64,000 bases of DNA from an uncultured delta proteobacterium (GTDB lineage Bacteria; Desulfobacterota; BSN033; UBA1163). The notes beneath the pieces were generated by a model. That model made no database searches. It saw only the letters and a program-made list of their open reading frames with translations, and was not told the DNA's origin. Location: the NCBI GenBank assembly GCA_963708295.1, contig CAVPSJ010000017.1, forward strand, positions 32,001 to 96,000, in the 5' to 3' direction. A program made the translations under genes and the position numbers. This document shows, piece after piece, positions 49,154 through 59,780 of the stretch. Positions within the stretch are counted from its first letter, which is position 1. The number at the start of each line of letters is the position of its first letter.

Positions 49154-50216
49154 CTACTCAAGGCTCTTCCAGTACCGTTTCTGTATTTCCTTCAATTGAA
49201 GGAGGGATTTCTCGATTCGGGGATAATCCACTTTCTCTTTTTCGAGCAGGTCGTCTCTTCTCGAGAGGAGAGGCCTGAGAAAGCTCTTCCAAGACGGCCT
49301 TCACAGACCGTCTCTGGCTCGCCACATTGTAGCCACCCTCAAGGGTGAGCACCAGTTTTCCTTGAGCAGTGGCTCCTGCGATCTCCATCAGGATTTGCGT
49401 CATCCTTGCGTATCCCTTTTCCGATACGTCCATTCCACCCAGGGGATCGTTGTAATGGGTGTCAAACCCGGCTGATACCAAGATCAGCTGGGGTTGGTAT
49501 TCCAGGGCAATGGGCTTGAGCAATTTTTCGAAAATGTTTCCATAATCCGCATCACCCGCTCCTGTCGGGAGAGGGACGTTCACGGTGAACCCCTCCCCCT
49601 TCCCTTTGCCTACCTCCGTTGCCCCCCCTGTCCCTGGATAGAAGAAGCCATAGCGATGAGTGGAGAAATAGAGGACCTGGGGATCTTCATAGAAGGAATC
49701 CTGGGTTCCATTGCCGTGGTGGACATCCCAGTCCACGATTAAAATCCTCTGTAGAGAGAAATTCTGGAGGGCATATCGAGCGCCGATCGCAACATTGTTG
49801 AAGAGACAGAATCCCATGGCCCTGTCCTTCTCAGCATGATGGCCCGGAGGTCGCACCAGCGCAAACCCGTTATTGAGTTTCTCCTGCATCACAACCTTGA
49901 TCAACTCCAGGAGGCCTCCGGCAGCCCACAGGGCAGTCTCGTACGACTTTGCACACGTGGAGGTGTCCATGTCGAGTCGGACAGAGGGCTTGCCCGCCGT
50001 TGAGGCAACGAGATCGACATAAGCAGGAGAGTGGATCATCTCTATCTCCTCGCGGGTGGCCAGGCGGGGCTTCACCTTCCCCAGGGGCCGCCCCTTCATT
50101 TCCTCCTCCTCAAGCATGTGATAAATCTCCTGAAGTCGCTCCGGACTCTCCGGATGACCAGGGTCCATCACGTGCTCCAAATACCTCCGATCCTTAACAA
50201 CCCCCGTTCGGTTCAT
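49154..50216 (-). CDS. Histone deacetylase-family (AcuC/AphA-like) protein
   Basis: HPESPERL, RPPGHHA, DVHHGNG, SAGFD, LEGGY; indel near 49250. Confidence 0.9.
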
Positions 50217-50446
50217 CTAATCTCCCCATGCTTCAAAGAAAAAGATAATTTTCTCAAAGGATTTAACTCAGCCTATCTTTTTTGTCATTTCTTGTCAAGA
50301 TGACCGATTTTACTAAGTCTTATTCTTACCGGAGGATGACCTTAACCATTCTGAGCAAAATCGGGGGATACAACATCCTTCGGTGAATCGCTCCGTCAGT
50401 AACAAACCTATCCTAAGGGGTCAAAAGATAAGAGAAATAGGTCGCA

Positions 50447-50477
50447 ACCCCTCGCTTTCAGGCGGAGGGGTTCTATG
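50447..50477. mobile_element. IS200/IS605-type end hairpin relic
   Basis: AACCCCTC-GCTTTCAGGCG-GAGGGGTT. Confidence 0.45.
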
Positions 50478-51030
50478 AAAAGCCCCCGTGTGGCAAGGGC
50501 ATAAAATACTTTTGACATTTTTATGCAAATTTAGTAAACGATTACGGATATTCAGAAGTTCGACGTTTTAGAGGTTACGGTAAGGATGCCCTTTAGCAAA
50601 GGGCCAGGTCATCGATGGTTTTTCCCCCGCAGGCCGGGGAAATTTCCTTTTCCTTTATCTGAAGATATCGGACCCACCGTGGGTGGCCTGCGATATTATG
50701 ACTCCGGGAGCAGGGTGGAACCAGGTGAGTGTAAAGACGAAGTGCCGTTTTGGATCACCATTGGTCGAAATCCAAAGATCTCCGGAAGAACATACGCTTA
50801 CGATTATCCGGATGCGAATACCGGAAACAATATCGCCGGGAGAACGATGAATTATCTAATTCGTTGTCCACGTTAGGATTAGGGGAACGGAAAATCGGAT
50901 GGGGGGAGAAAGAGGGTTAGGCTTTCTCCATCTTTTGGGCCGCAACAAACAGTATTGGTCTTGAAGAATGCCCTTATTTTTTTGGGATCGGTCAGAATTG
51001 AAGCAGAGCGCAAATAAGAGGAGGAGGAAA

Positions 51031-51477
51031 GTGAAGACAACAAGAATTTTTGCAATGATGGCTGCAGCGGTTTTGATCATGGTGTGGTCTCACATGATTT
51101 TTGCCGAGGAGAAGTCCATTGCACTGCCAGTAAGAACAAAGGTTGAGAAGTTGGGTTCAGGGCACTTCAAGTTCAAACTTCCAAGTGGGCGGATTGTGGA
51201 GGTGAAAGGCTATTCGAAAGGCAGTGGTACGACGGCTTTGATTGGCGATTCCAGAATATATGATCGCACGGGAAAATTGATAGCTTCGGCAAAACAGGGG
51301 ATGCTGAAAGGCGGCCCGACACCTAAAGAGTTTATAAAAGAGAGCAAAAATTCTGTGAAGATTGACGATGACGTAATATGGCTCCCTGCCACGATCACAT
51401 TTCAAGCCGTCGAAATGAAGAGGAAGCAGGGTGTGAATGGTTTAAGCCCTCAGCCCGATCCACCGGGCAAGAAATAG
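51031..51477 (+). CDS. Secreted hypothetical protein with a C-terminal LSPQPDPP motif
   Basis: GGAGG RBS with GTG start, signal peptide. Confidence 0.7.
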   Translation: MKTTRIFAMMAAAVLIMVWSHMIFAEEKSIALPVRTKVEKLGSGHFKFKLPSGRIVEVKGYSKGSGTTALIGDSRIYDRTGKLIASAKQGMLKGGPTPKEFIKESKNSVKIDDDVIWLPATITFQAVEMKRKQGVNGLSPQPDPPGKK

Positions 51478-51572
51478 AGTGGTAGACCTTTAATGGAAAA
51501 TAATGGATCATTTGAACCTTTTCGAAAGAGGTTGCCATATACAGGTGAACAGACCTGATGGGAGGTGGAGTT

Positions 51573-51812
51573 ATGAAAACCCCCATATGCGTCAAGCTCG
51601 AGACGCCTGGCGGAAGCCTTGCGGAACAAACACATCCTGGAATTGGGGTGACCGCAACCGGGCCTATCCTTGTGAGGTTCAAATCAGTGAAACATGCCAA
51701 ACCCGGGACGTATGAGGTGAAAGCGATGCTCCTGACCAAAGAATGCAGGGAGCCGTTGAAGCAGGCGAAGGCCCCTCTCCGGGTGGAACGGGTGATCGTT
51801 AGAGCGCCATAG
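51573..51812 (+). CDS. Hypothetical protein
   Basis: GGAG RBS before MKTPICVKL. Confidence 0.45.
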   Translation: MKTPICVKLETPGGSLAEQTHPGIGVTATGPILVRFKSVKHAKPGTYEVKAMLLTKECREPLKQAKAPLRVERVIVRAP

Positions 51813-52018
51813 GCGTTCTAGAAAGGAACCCGGGAAGGTGCTACCGGGTCATGACGCTTTTCCCAGAAGAAAATCACTTTTGCTTTGAGACGATAAAAGA
51901 AGTAAAATGGCCTGAAAGGTTATGCGGGCCCGTCCGCGTGTCAGCGACCGAAGAGCATGAAGTTTTGGGATCATGCGCTGCGCTTCCCTGCTGAATGCAG
52001 CACATCATAACCAGAGAG

Positions 52019-53005
52019 ATGCCTGCCAATCTCACCCCCCAATACTTAGACGCAGAGCTCAAGTTCAAGCAAGCGAAGACCACCCCGGAGAAGATAAAAG
52101 CTCTCGAAGTCATGATGGCCGTCATCCCAAAGCATAAGGGGACGGAGAGACTTCGCGGACAGCTCAAGAGCCGGATGGCTAAATTAAAGGAGGAACTCCA
52201 GAGGAAACCTGCTGTCGGAAAGGCAGAGCAGGCCTACAACATTAAGAGAGAGGGAGCCGCTCAGGTTGTTCTTTTGGGGCTTCCCAATTCCGGCAAATCA
52301 AGCGTTTTTTCCCGAATCACCCATGCCTCTTCCGAGGTGGCCGACTACCCGTTCACCACACAGAAACCCATCCCCGGAATGATGACGTTTGAAAATCTGC
52401 AGATTCAGCTGGTGGACACTCCACCGGTTCAAATGGATCATATCGAACCCGGATTCCCAAACCTCATCCGAAGCGCGGATGGTCTTCTTTTCCTGGTTGA
52501 CCTGACCGAAGATCCGATCTTCCAGATGGAGATCCTCCTGGAGGAATTGAATAGAATGAAAATAAGGGTGGCCGGGAAAGGACCCCGCCCCTTCCCGGAT
52601 GCGGGATGGATCTCTCTTCGAGCGCTCCTTGTCGGAAACAAATGTGAGATTAAAAACACCATGGAGGCCTACCGGAGATTTGAGGACCATTTTCGAGACG
52701 CCTTTCCCATCCTGCCTATTTCCGTCGAGGGAGGAATGAATCTTGACGAATTGAGGAAAGAGATTTATCAAATCCTGAACATCCTCCGGGTCTATACCAA
52801 AACCCCGGGAAAAGAAGCAGATCGGACGGAACCTGTTATTCTGAAAAAGGGGAGCACGGTGGAAGAGGTCGCCCTCTCCGTTCACAAGGATTTTGTTGCC
52901 AATCTTCGATATGCAAAGGTCTGGGGGTCTGGAAAATTTGACGGCCAGAGGGTGAAGCGGAATTATGTCGTGAACGAGGGGGATGTGATCGAGCTACATC
53001 TCTAA
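52019..53005 (+). CDS. OBG-family (DRG-like) GTPase with a TGS domain
   Basis: PKHKGT, GLPNSGKS, YPFTT, DTP, NKCE, C-terminal TGS domain. Confidence 0.9.
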   Translation: MPANLTPQYLDAELKFKQAKTTPEKIKALEVMMAVIPKHKGTERLRGQLKSRMAKLKEELQRKPAVGKAEQAYNIKREGAAQVVLLGLPNSGKSSVFSRITHASSEVADYPFTTQKPIPGMMTFENLQIQLVDTPPVQMDHIEPGFPNLIRSADGLLFLVDLTEDPIFQMEILLEELNRMKIRVAGKGPRPFPDAGWISLRALLVGNKCEIKNTMEAYRRFEDHFRDAFPILPISVEGGMNLDELRKEIYQILNILRVYTKTPGKEADRTEPVILKKGSTVEEVALSVHKDFVANLRYAKVWGSGKFDGQRVKRNYVVNEGDVIELHL

Positions 53006-53160
53006 CAGGCTGCTGAAAAAAGCCCATCTGCGGCGTTCCCCTCATCCTTCGTCGTTGCGGCGTACCTCGAAGTACGCCTCACTCCTCAGGATTTTGGGCG
53101 CCTTGCATCTGGGCATTCTTGAGCAGCCTGCAAAGAATGACTTTTCCGGCAAACTGCTGA
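53003..53160. mobile_element. MITE-like element
   Basis: CAGGCTGCTGAAAAAAGCCCATCTGC...GCATCTGGGCATTCTTGAGCAGCCTG palindrome; homolog of 42433-42685. Confidence 0.7.
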
Positions 53161-53261
53161 TGCCTCGTGGAATATCGGAATCATGGAGCATTGGAATAGT
53201 GAATTTAGAAAAGTTAGAATTGAGGTGTTACTATTCCAGTCATCCAACACGCCATCATCCC

Positions 53262-54128
53262 ATGGCTAATAAAACAACGAATCTTGTGACTCGGAGACTT
53301 TTTTTAAGACTTCTTTTGGGGCTTCCCCTACTCTCTCCTTTTCGCCTCCATGTTCCGGAGACATGGGCCTATCTTCCTTCCCGCCCAGGCAAAGAAAACA
53401 GGACCTCCATCGGTCAATTTTTCGAAGGAGAAGAACTTCAGTATGAAATTGGGCTCTGGGTGTTTCAGAAAGTGGCCGTGGGAAAAATAAGCTTCGAGGA
53501 AACGGGCAAAAAAGGCCGTTATCTGTCCACCCTTCAGGGGGAGACGTCGAGCGTCCTGGGATTTCCGGCACGTTATCGAATGGACATTTATCGCTCCATC
53601 ATGGAAGAAATGGACGGGGGGAAACGGCTGCGATCCATTTCCTTCGAAGAAGACGTGAAAATCGGAAGCAAGCGGAGGAGGCGAACCCACTTCCTCGATT
53701 ACCAGAAGCGAAAATGGATTCAAATCAGGCAAAGAAATGACGGTCCCAAGACAAGGGAAGAAACGGAGATCCCTCCGGGGATGGTCTACGACGATTTCGT
53801 CACCGCCACTTATAACTTCCGTTATGGCGCTTACGGGGAGATTGAGAGAGGGAAAACGTACAGGGTAGCTACTTTTCCAAAAAAAGGGGCGACCAGTTAT
53901 GAAGTGAGAGTGGCTTCCAGAGAGGAGGAAGAGAAGAAAAGGAAATCTGAGAGATCGAAGGAGGGTAAAGAATTTCTTCTTAAACTCCTTCTGGATGCAG
54001 AACTCACCCATTCCAAAGAGGGTCTGATTGAGGGGTGGTTATCGAAAGAGCTCTATCCCGTTGAAGGGAAGATCAAGGATGTGATCTTCTTCGGGGACGT
54101 GAAAGGAACGCTGATTAAGAAGATTTAA
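53262..54128 (+). CDS. DUF3108-like exported protein
   Basis: TRRLFL Tat-like signal, GEELQYEI, beta-rich. Confidence 0.7.
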   Translation: MANKTTNLVTRRLFLRLLLGLPLLSPFRLHVPETWAYLPSRPGKENRTSIGQFFEGEELQYEIGLWVFQKVAVGKISFEETGKKGRYLSTLQGETSSVLGFPARYRMDIYRSIMEEMDGGKRLRSISFEEDVKIGSKRRRRTHFLDYQKRKWIQIRQRNDGPKTREETEIPPGMVYDDFVTATYNFRYGAYGEIERGKTYRVATFPKKGATSYEVRVASREEEEKKRKSERSKEGKEFLLKLLLDAELTHSKEGLIEGWLSKELYPVEGKIKDVIFFGDVKGTLIKKI

Positions 54129-54180
54129 TTCCGGGTGTGGATCTTAAAATCATTAACTTAGATCGGCGGACCCAAGCCTT

Positions 54181-54705
54181 CTACTCCAGGATCGCCCGCC
54201 TCCCTTCGACGATCTTCGACTTCTCTTTCTTCAGCCTGCAAAACCTAACCCATCTCAGCGAGAGCGGATAGGCAACGACACTGAGGAGACTGCAGAGAAT
54301 CAAGGAGCCGATCAGAAAAGACATCAGGAGCCCCCATTGGGAGGTGATAGAACCCCAGAAAATCGAACTCATAAATCCTCGGTCCATTCCCAGTTGAAAA
54401 ACTTCTTTGAGTGTCGACCACTCCATCCGGAATCCCGTTACCCCCATTCCTACCCATGTGGCCATCATATAAAAGGGAACGAACCACCAGGGGCTATTCG
54501 TCCAGACTCCGAGAAGAATGGCCACCCGATTGAAACCGAACAGAAACGCGAAGGCTAAACCCAGGAGGGTGTGAAGGCCTAAGAAAGGCGAGAAACCGAG
54601 AAAGATCCCAATGGAATAGGCCAGCGCAGTTCTTTCAGGCGAGTCTTCGATATGCAGAAGTTTCTTAACGAGATCTTTGATAGAAGTCATTCTCCTGTCA
54701 GTCAA
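54181..54705 (-). CDS. DUF2062 membrane protein
   Basis: DSPERTALA..IGIFLGFSPFLGLHT. Confidence 0.85.
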   Translation of the reverse strand: MTDRRMTSIKDLVKKLLHIEDSPERTALAYSIGIFLGFSPFLGLHTLLGLAFAFLFGFNRVAILLGVWTNSPWWFVPFYMMATWVGMGVTGFRMEWSTLKEVFQLGMDRGFMSSIFWGSITSQWGLLMSFLIGSLILCSLLSVVAYPLSLRWVRFCRLKKEKSKIVEGRRAILE

Positions 54706-54732
54706 CCTGCCGCCTTATTTCTTAACCTTCCT

Positions 54733-55446
54733 TCACCGCATATGCAACATGGGGATGCGATGACCGAAATAGAGACACTTGCCCGAAAAGAAACAAAGAT
54801 CACAAGAGGGTTTCCTTGCCTTGCAGACCGACCTTCCAAATCGGATCAGGTTAAGGTGCAGGGACAAGGACTTTTTCCTTGGGATGAGAGGGCTCATCCA
54901 TTCATGAGCCTTTTCCGCATCCATCCTGTCTGGAATGAAACCGAGGCGCTTCCCGATCCGAAGGATATGAGTATCCACCGGAAAGGCCTCTCTTCCCAGG
55001 CCGAATAATAAAAGACAGTGAAGCGTTTTAGGACCGACGCCTTTCAGCGGGCCGATCGTGTCCTTGATTTCTTCTGAGTCCATCCTTCTCAAAAAGGAGA
55101 GACTCAATTTCCCCTGCCGTTTTTTGATCCAGTGAAGAATTTCACGGATGCGTCTCGCCTTCTGCACAGCCAGCCCACCCTCTCGGATAGCTGAAACGGT
55201 CCTTTTCATTTTCGCTTCGAGGACATCCTCCCAGCGGGGAAATCGTGTTTTCAATTTCTGATAAGCTTTGTCTCGATTTTGGTCGGTGGTATTCTGGGAA
55301 AGAATGGTCTCAATGAGAATATCGACGGGATTACCCGGAGGGGTCCTCCGGGGGATGCCATATTCCTTTTCGAGAAGGAGAGTGATTTTACTTAGCTTCG
55401 TCCTTAAAGGCTTACGTTCCAGCCATGACCTTTTTAATCTTCTCAC
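54733..55446 (-). CDS. nth: Endonuclease III-family glycosylase
   Basis: ILSQNTTD, HhH GVGPKT, VDTH, CKARKPSCDLC..C Fe-S motif; start uncertain. Confidence 0.85.
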   Translation of the reverse strand: MRRLKRSWLERKPLRTKLSKITLLLEKEYGIPRRTPPGNPVDILIETILSQNTTDQNRDKAYQKLKTRFPRWEDVLEAKMKRTVSAIREGGLAVQKARRIREILHWIKKRQGKLSLSFLRRMDSEEIKDTIGPLKGVGPKTLHCLLLFGLGREAFPVDTHILRIGKRLGFIPDRMDAEKAHEWMSPLIPRKKSLSLHLNLIRFGRSVCKARKPSCDLCFFSGKCLYFGHRIPMLHMR

Positions 55447-56620
55447 TCAATTTTCCCTTAAGAAAATCCTTCATTCGTTCTTTCACCTTTTCGACAAAAC
55501 CTTGATAGGTTTCGTTTCCTTCCAGTACTTGTACGTAAATTTCCCCAAGCTCCGGATAGCGCTTCAGGGTTCCGTAGGCCAATTTCGTAAAACGAAAAAC
55601 GATATGAGAGAGAGCAAGCGCCCATTTCAGGTTCTCGCAGATGTCCAGATGAACGGCCTTTTGATAAAAATCAGAAGGAACGATTCCTTCTTTTTTCCAT
55701 TCCAGGATCGATTCGGCAGCCAGCATTCCGCTCCGAACGGCATAGTAGATTCCCTCTCCCTGGAGAGGGTCCATCAGATGGGCTGCATCCCCGACGAGGA
55801 GAAACCTTCCCTGCGAGACCTTCTGTCTCTCATCGTAAAAAGAGGGGAGGAGATGGCCCATCACTTTTCCTGGCTCCCCTTCCGGGAGATAGCTTAGTCC
55901 TTTGACGAAGGATTTGAAGTAATGGCGGGGGTTCATTTTCTTGGTCTCTCTAAACATTCCGCCGATACCGATGGAGAGCCATTCCTTTTTTGGGAATACC
56001 CAACCATATCCGTTCGGAACGCTCCCGAAATCCAGGTGGACGAACTTAAGCTCCTCTTTCGGAAAAGGAATGGATGAGTTGAAGGGAGTCTCGCTCTCGA
56101 CGGCAATCCCGTATCCGCCGTTCTTCTGCGGCCGCAAGGATAAAAACCTGGCCACCATGCTTTCTGATCCATCTGCTCCGATCAGGACCTGGCAGCGGAA
56201 TTTCATCCCACTGGCCAATTCTACGTTCACCCCATCGGCCCTTTCTCCGACTTTGGTCACCTTCTCCCCGTCCAGTACCTTCGTGCCAGCCTCCAGCGCC
56301 CTGTTGATGAGAAAATGATCAAAACGATCCCTCATGACCAGAAATGCGATTGGGTTTCTAGATTCGATGAAAAAGGGATCTTCCGAACAATAGGTGAATT
56401 TTGCTCCATAGATGGTGTTCTCAATGACCGGACTCAGATCAAAGCCGAGCAAGCGAACCGTTTTGGCGGAAAGGCAACCCCCGCAGGGTTTGTATCTGGG
56501 GAGCCGTTCCTTCTCGATCAGGAGCGTTTTCACCCCGGCCTCGGCACAAAGCCTTGCCGCCGTTGATCCCCCCGGCCCTCCGCCCACGACAATGACATCA
56601 TAGTCCGGATTCATGTCCAT
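55412..56620 (-). CDS. Geranylgeranyl reductase-family FAD oxidoreductase
   Basis: GGGPGG, RYKPCGG, GYGWVFP, GDAA...GEGI. Confidence 0.9.
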   Translation of the reverse strand: MDMNPDYDVIVVGGGPGGSTAARLCAEAGVKTLLIEKERLPRYKPCGGCLSAKTVRLLGFDLSPVIENTIYGAKFTYCSEDPFFIESRNPIAFLVMRDRFDHFLINRALEAGTKVLDGEKVTKVGERADGVNVELASGMKFRCQVLIGADGSESMVARFLSLRPQKNGGYGIAVESETPFNSSIPFPKEELKFVHLDFGSVPNGYGWVFPKKEWLSIGIGGMFRETKKMNPRHYFKSFVKGLSYLPEGEPGKVMGHLLPSFYDERQKVSQGRFLLVGDAAHLMDPLQGEGIYYAVRSGMLAAESILEWKKEGIVPSDFYQKAVHLDICENLKWALALSHIVFRFTKLAYGTLKRYPELGEIYVQVLEGNETYQGFVEKVKERMKDFLKGKLSEKIKKVMAGT

Positions 56621-56674
56621 GATTCTAAGCTAATTTGAGCAAAATTACCACGAAATCCAGATTTGTCAACACTC

Positions 56675-57724
56675 TCATTTTATCATCTGAGCAACATATT
56701 CGCCGATGGCAGGGGCAGCCGTCAGCCCCGGAGACTCAATCCCCAGGAGATGGACCCTCCCCTTCTCTTGCTTCTGTATCACAAAATCTTCTTGCAATTC
56801 GCCGTGATAGTAGACCTTCGGGCGATTGCCCGAATAGCCTGGATAGATCTTGTGGGCGTTAAAATCAGGGATCAAGGTGAGGGCCCCTTTCTCGAATTCT
56901 TCACGGGGCGTCGTCACCTCATAATCCTCTTTATTCCTTGCTTTGATACCCGAAGGGCCGATCAGGGTTTCTTCTCCAAGCGTCCGAGTCAGGTGGATTC
57001 CAAGCGTGTGGGGAGAATCAGGAACAGGATAGACCAGCCCTCGGATGATCTCTTCGGTCGTATTATAATAATCCCCCTTGTGGGGAGTGATTACGTATCC
57101 CTCGAGGCCGCACATCGCTGCGATGGTGTCGCTGTGAAGGCCTGCGGCGTTGATGATGATCTCCGTCTCCATTTTACCCCGGGTCGTGGTGAGGGTATTA
57201 TGATCGTCAACGGATAGGGCCTTGCATTGCTTTACGACCGTTACCCCCGATTCTTTCAGGGCCCTTTCGATCATTCTCATGTAGCCGGCCATGTCAAGAA
57301 TTCCGGTTTCAGGAGAGCAGAGGGCGGCTAAGCACCTCACCCTGGGCTCGATCTTTTGAGCCTCGGCCCCATCGATGAGCCTCAAATTTTCCACGCCGTT
57401 TTCATCCCCTCGCTTCTTAAGGTCCTCCAGTGCCTTCAATTCGGCATGAACCAGGGCGACGATGAGCTTGCCGCATTTTCGATGGGGGATGTCGTGGTTC
57501 TTCAGGAATTCATAGGTCAAATGGCGGCCTCGAACACATAATCGGGCCTTGAGGGACCCCTGAGGATAATAGATGCCTCCATGAATGACGCCGCTGTTTC
57601 GTGTGCTCGTGTGTTCCCCTAAGGCCTTCTCCTTTTCCAGGAGAAAAACTTCTTTTCCCCCTTGCGCCAAACGATAGGCGATGCAGCATCCGACGATGCC
57701 ACCGCCGATCACAGCAATCCCCAT
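56675..57724 (-). CDS. FAD-dependent oxidoreductase (L-2-hydroxyglutarate oxidase-like)
   Basis: GGGIVG, STRNSGVIHGGIYY, GIESPGLTA. Confidence 0.9.
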   Translation of the reverse strand: MGIAVIGGGIVGCCIAYRLAQGGKEVFLLEKEKALGEHTSTRNSGVIHGGIYYPQGSLKARLCVRGRHLTYEFLKNHDIPHRKCGKLIVALVHAELKALEDLKKRGDENGVENLRLIDGAEAQKIEPRVRCLAALCSPETGILDMAGYMRMIERALKESGVTVVKQCKALSVDDHNTLTTTRGKMETEIIINAAGLHSDTIAAMCGLEGYVITPHKGDYYNTTEEIIRGLVYPVPDSPHTLGIHLTRTLGEETLIGPSGIKARNKEDYEVTTPREEFEKGALTLIPDFNAHKIYPGYSGNRPKVYYHGELQEDFVIQKQEKGRVHLLGIESPGLTAAPAIGEYVAQMIK

Positions 57725-58107
57725 GGATTGTTTCCTTTCAAGAAATGAATTGTGGCTGGTTAGCTATCCTCGAACAATAAGAATCACAACAGTTCCCGTC
57801 TTCCCCTAAATTTATATCATAACTCTCTGGATCATTTATATCATTTTTTGTTTTTCGGCCTAAACATGGACACCTGCGAACCTATTCAAGGGTCAAGGCA
57901 TGTTGTTCAAGGTGATCAAATCCCTCAGTGATGAGTTCGAGTAATCTAAATGTAACCTCAAGGGCAAATTTTCTCAGCATAATTATGAAATCCCCCTTTA
58001 TCCCCCTTTGCCAAAAGGGGGATGAGAATACCCGAGACTGAGGGGGCTACTGTTCAAGACTATCCCTCATTGGAAAAGGAGGATTCGTCAGGTATAATAA
58101 TAGAATT

Positions 58108-59442
58108 ATGAAAGAAACGGCCTGCCTTGTCAGTCTGGGATGTCCGAAGAACCTCGTCGATTCCGAAGTGATGCTTGGCCTGCTTTCGAAAGAAGGCCAT
58201 CCTTTGACGACCGATCCTTTGAAGGCTGAAATAATCATCGTCAACACGTGCTCCTTTATTGAGGAGTCGACGAAAGAGGCCGTTGAAACCATTCTTCAAC
58301 TCTCCCGTCTCAAGAAGGAAGGCCGCTGCCGTCTTCTGATCGTTTCCGGATGTCTTCCCCAGCGATATGGGAAAGTGTTGGAAAAAGAATTGCCCGAGGT
58401 GGACCTCTTCGTCGGCACCGGGGCGTTTCAAAACCTTCCCAAATTGTTGTCCCAGAAACAGAAACGGAAGAGTTACGTTCCCAAATCCGGTTTTCTCTAT
58501 AATGATAAGACACCTCGCATTCTCTCGACCCCTCCTTTTATCGCTTACCTGAAGATTGCGGAGGGCTGTTCGAATACATGCACCTTTTGCACCGTTCCGA
58601 AGATCAGGGGCAGATATCAAAGCAGAAAGCTCCGATCCATTCTGGAGGAGGCCAGAAGGCTTGCGGATCAAGGAGTTCAGGAACTCATCCTGATCGCCCA
58701 GGATACGACGGGTTACGGAAGAGACCTCCGGGATGGAACCAATTTGGAAAAGCTCCTGAAATCCCTCGTCAGGGTGGATGGGCTTCGCTGGATTCGAATG
58801 CTCTATTCCTACCCCAGGGCAGACCATTTCACGGACGGGCTTCTTGAACTCATCGCCCGGGAAGAAAAGATCTGTCCTTATCTTGACCTCCCCCTGCAGC
58901 ATATCGATGACGAAATCCTTAAACGGATGGGGCGAAGAACAAAGGGTGAAGAGATTCGGAATCTCTTCAAGAAGATTAGAGCCTTTGTTCCGGAAGTCAG
59001 CTTGCGTTCCTCATTGATCGTAGGCTTTCCGGGGGAAAAGGAAAGTCAATTCAAGGCCCTCCTGGATTTTGTGGAGGAGGCTCAGTTCGATCATGTCGGC
59101 GCCTTCAAATATTCTCCTGAAGAGGGAACGCCTGCTTCCCGACTTCCCCACCCCATTCCGGAGAGCGTGAGAGAGGAGCGTCTCAGAACCCTGATGCAGA
59201 TTCAGAAAAAGATCTCTCTCAAAAAATACAAGAAGATGGTCGGCCAGAAGAAGGTGGTTCTGGTCGAGGGGCCGCAGCAGGGACGGGGAATTCTCAGGGG
59301 GAGACTTCAAACCCAGGCTCCTGAGATTGATGGCTCCGTTCTCTTGAATGGAAAAGCGAAACCCGGCAACTGGGTGGAAGCCCGAATCACCCAGGCCCTC
59401 CCTTACGACCTGGTCGCCCAGATCGAGAAAGTCCTGCCTTGA
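58108..59442 (+). CDS. rimO: Ribosomal protein S12 methylthiotransferase
   Basis: SLGCPKNLVDSE, CSNTCTFC radical SAM motif, APEIDG TRAM domain. Confidence 0.95.
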   Translation: MKETACLVSLGCPKNLVDSEVMLGLLSKEGHPLTTDPLKAEIIIVNTCSFIEESTKEAVETILQLSRLKKEGRCRLLIVSGCLPQRYGKVLEKELPEVDLFVGTGAFQNLPKLLSQKQKRKSYVPKSGFLYNDKTPRILSTPPFIAYLKIAEGCSNTCTFCTVPKIRGRYQSRKLRSILEEARRLADQGVQELILIAQDTTGYGRDLRDGTNLEKLLKSLVRVDGLRWIRMLYSYPRADHFTDGLLELIAREEKICPYLDLPLQHIDDEILKRMGRRTKGEEIRNLFKKIRAFVPEVSLRSSLIVGFPGEKESQFKALLDFVEEAQFDHVGAFKYSPEEGTPASRLPHPIPESVREERLRTLMQIQKKISLKKYKKMVGQKKVVLVEGPQQGRGILRGRLQTQAPEIDGSVLLNGKAKPGNWVEARITQALPYDLVAQIEKVLP

Positions 59443-59780
59443 ATCTTTAGATACCAGACTGGAATAAATGACCCATCCTATCGGAAGCGGTGTATGTCTA
59501 GCGAACGGGGAAATGACACTTGACACAATCAATCAAGAAGACCCTTCCCGCGGGTGACCGTTCCTCGTTCCACCATCTTCATGTGATGCCACCGCTGTAA
59601 CTCCTTTTGAACCAATAGGATCCTTCCCGCCTTCCAAGGGATATTCCCCCGAAGCCACATGCGGAAACTGCCTTTTCCCTTGACGGATATGGCAAAATGG
59701 GTTAGTTTGGAAAGTCTTAAGAAGTTATTAAATCTTAATGAGATTCATATCATAGACAAGGTTGCCTCGGAGCGGAGAAG

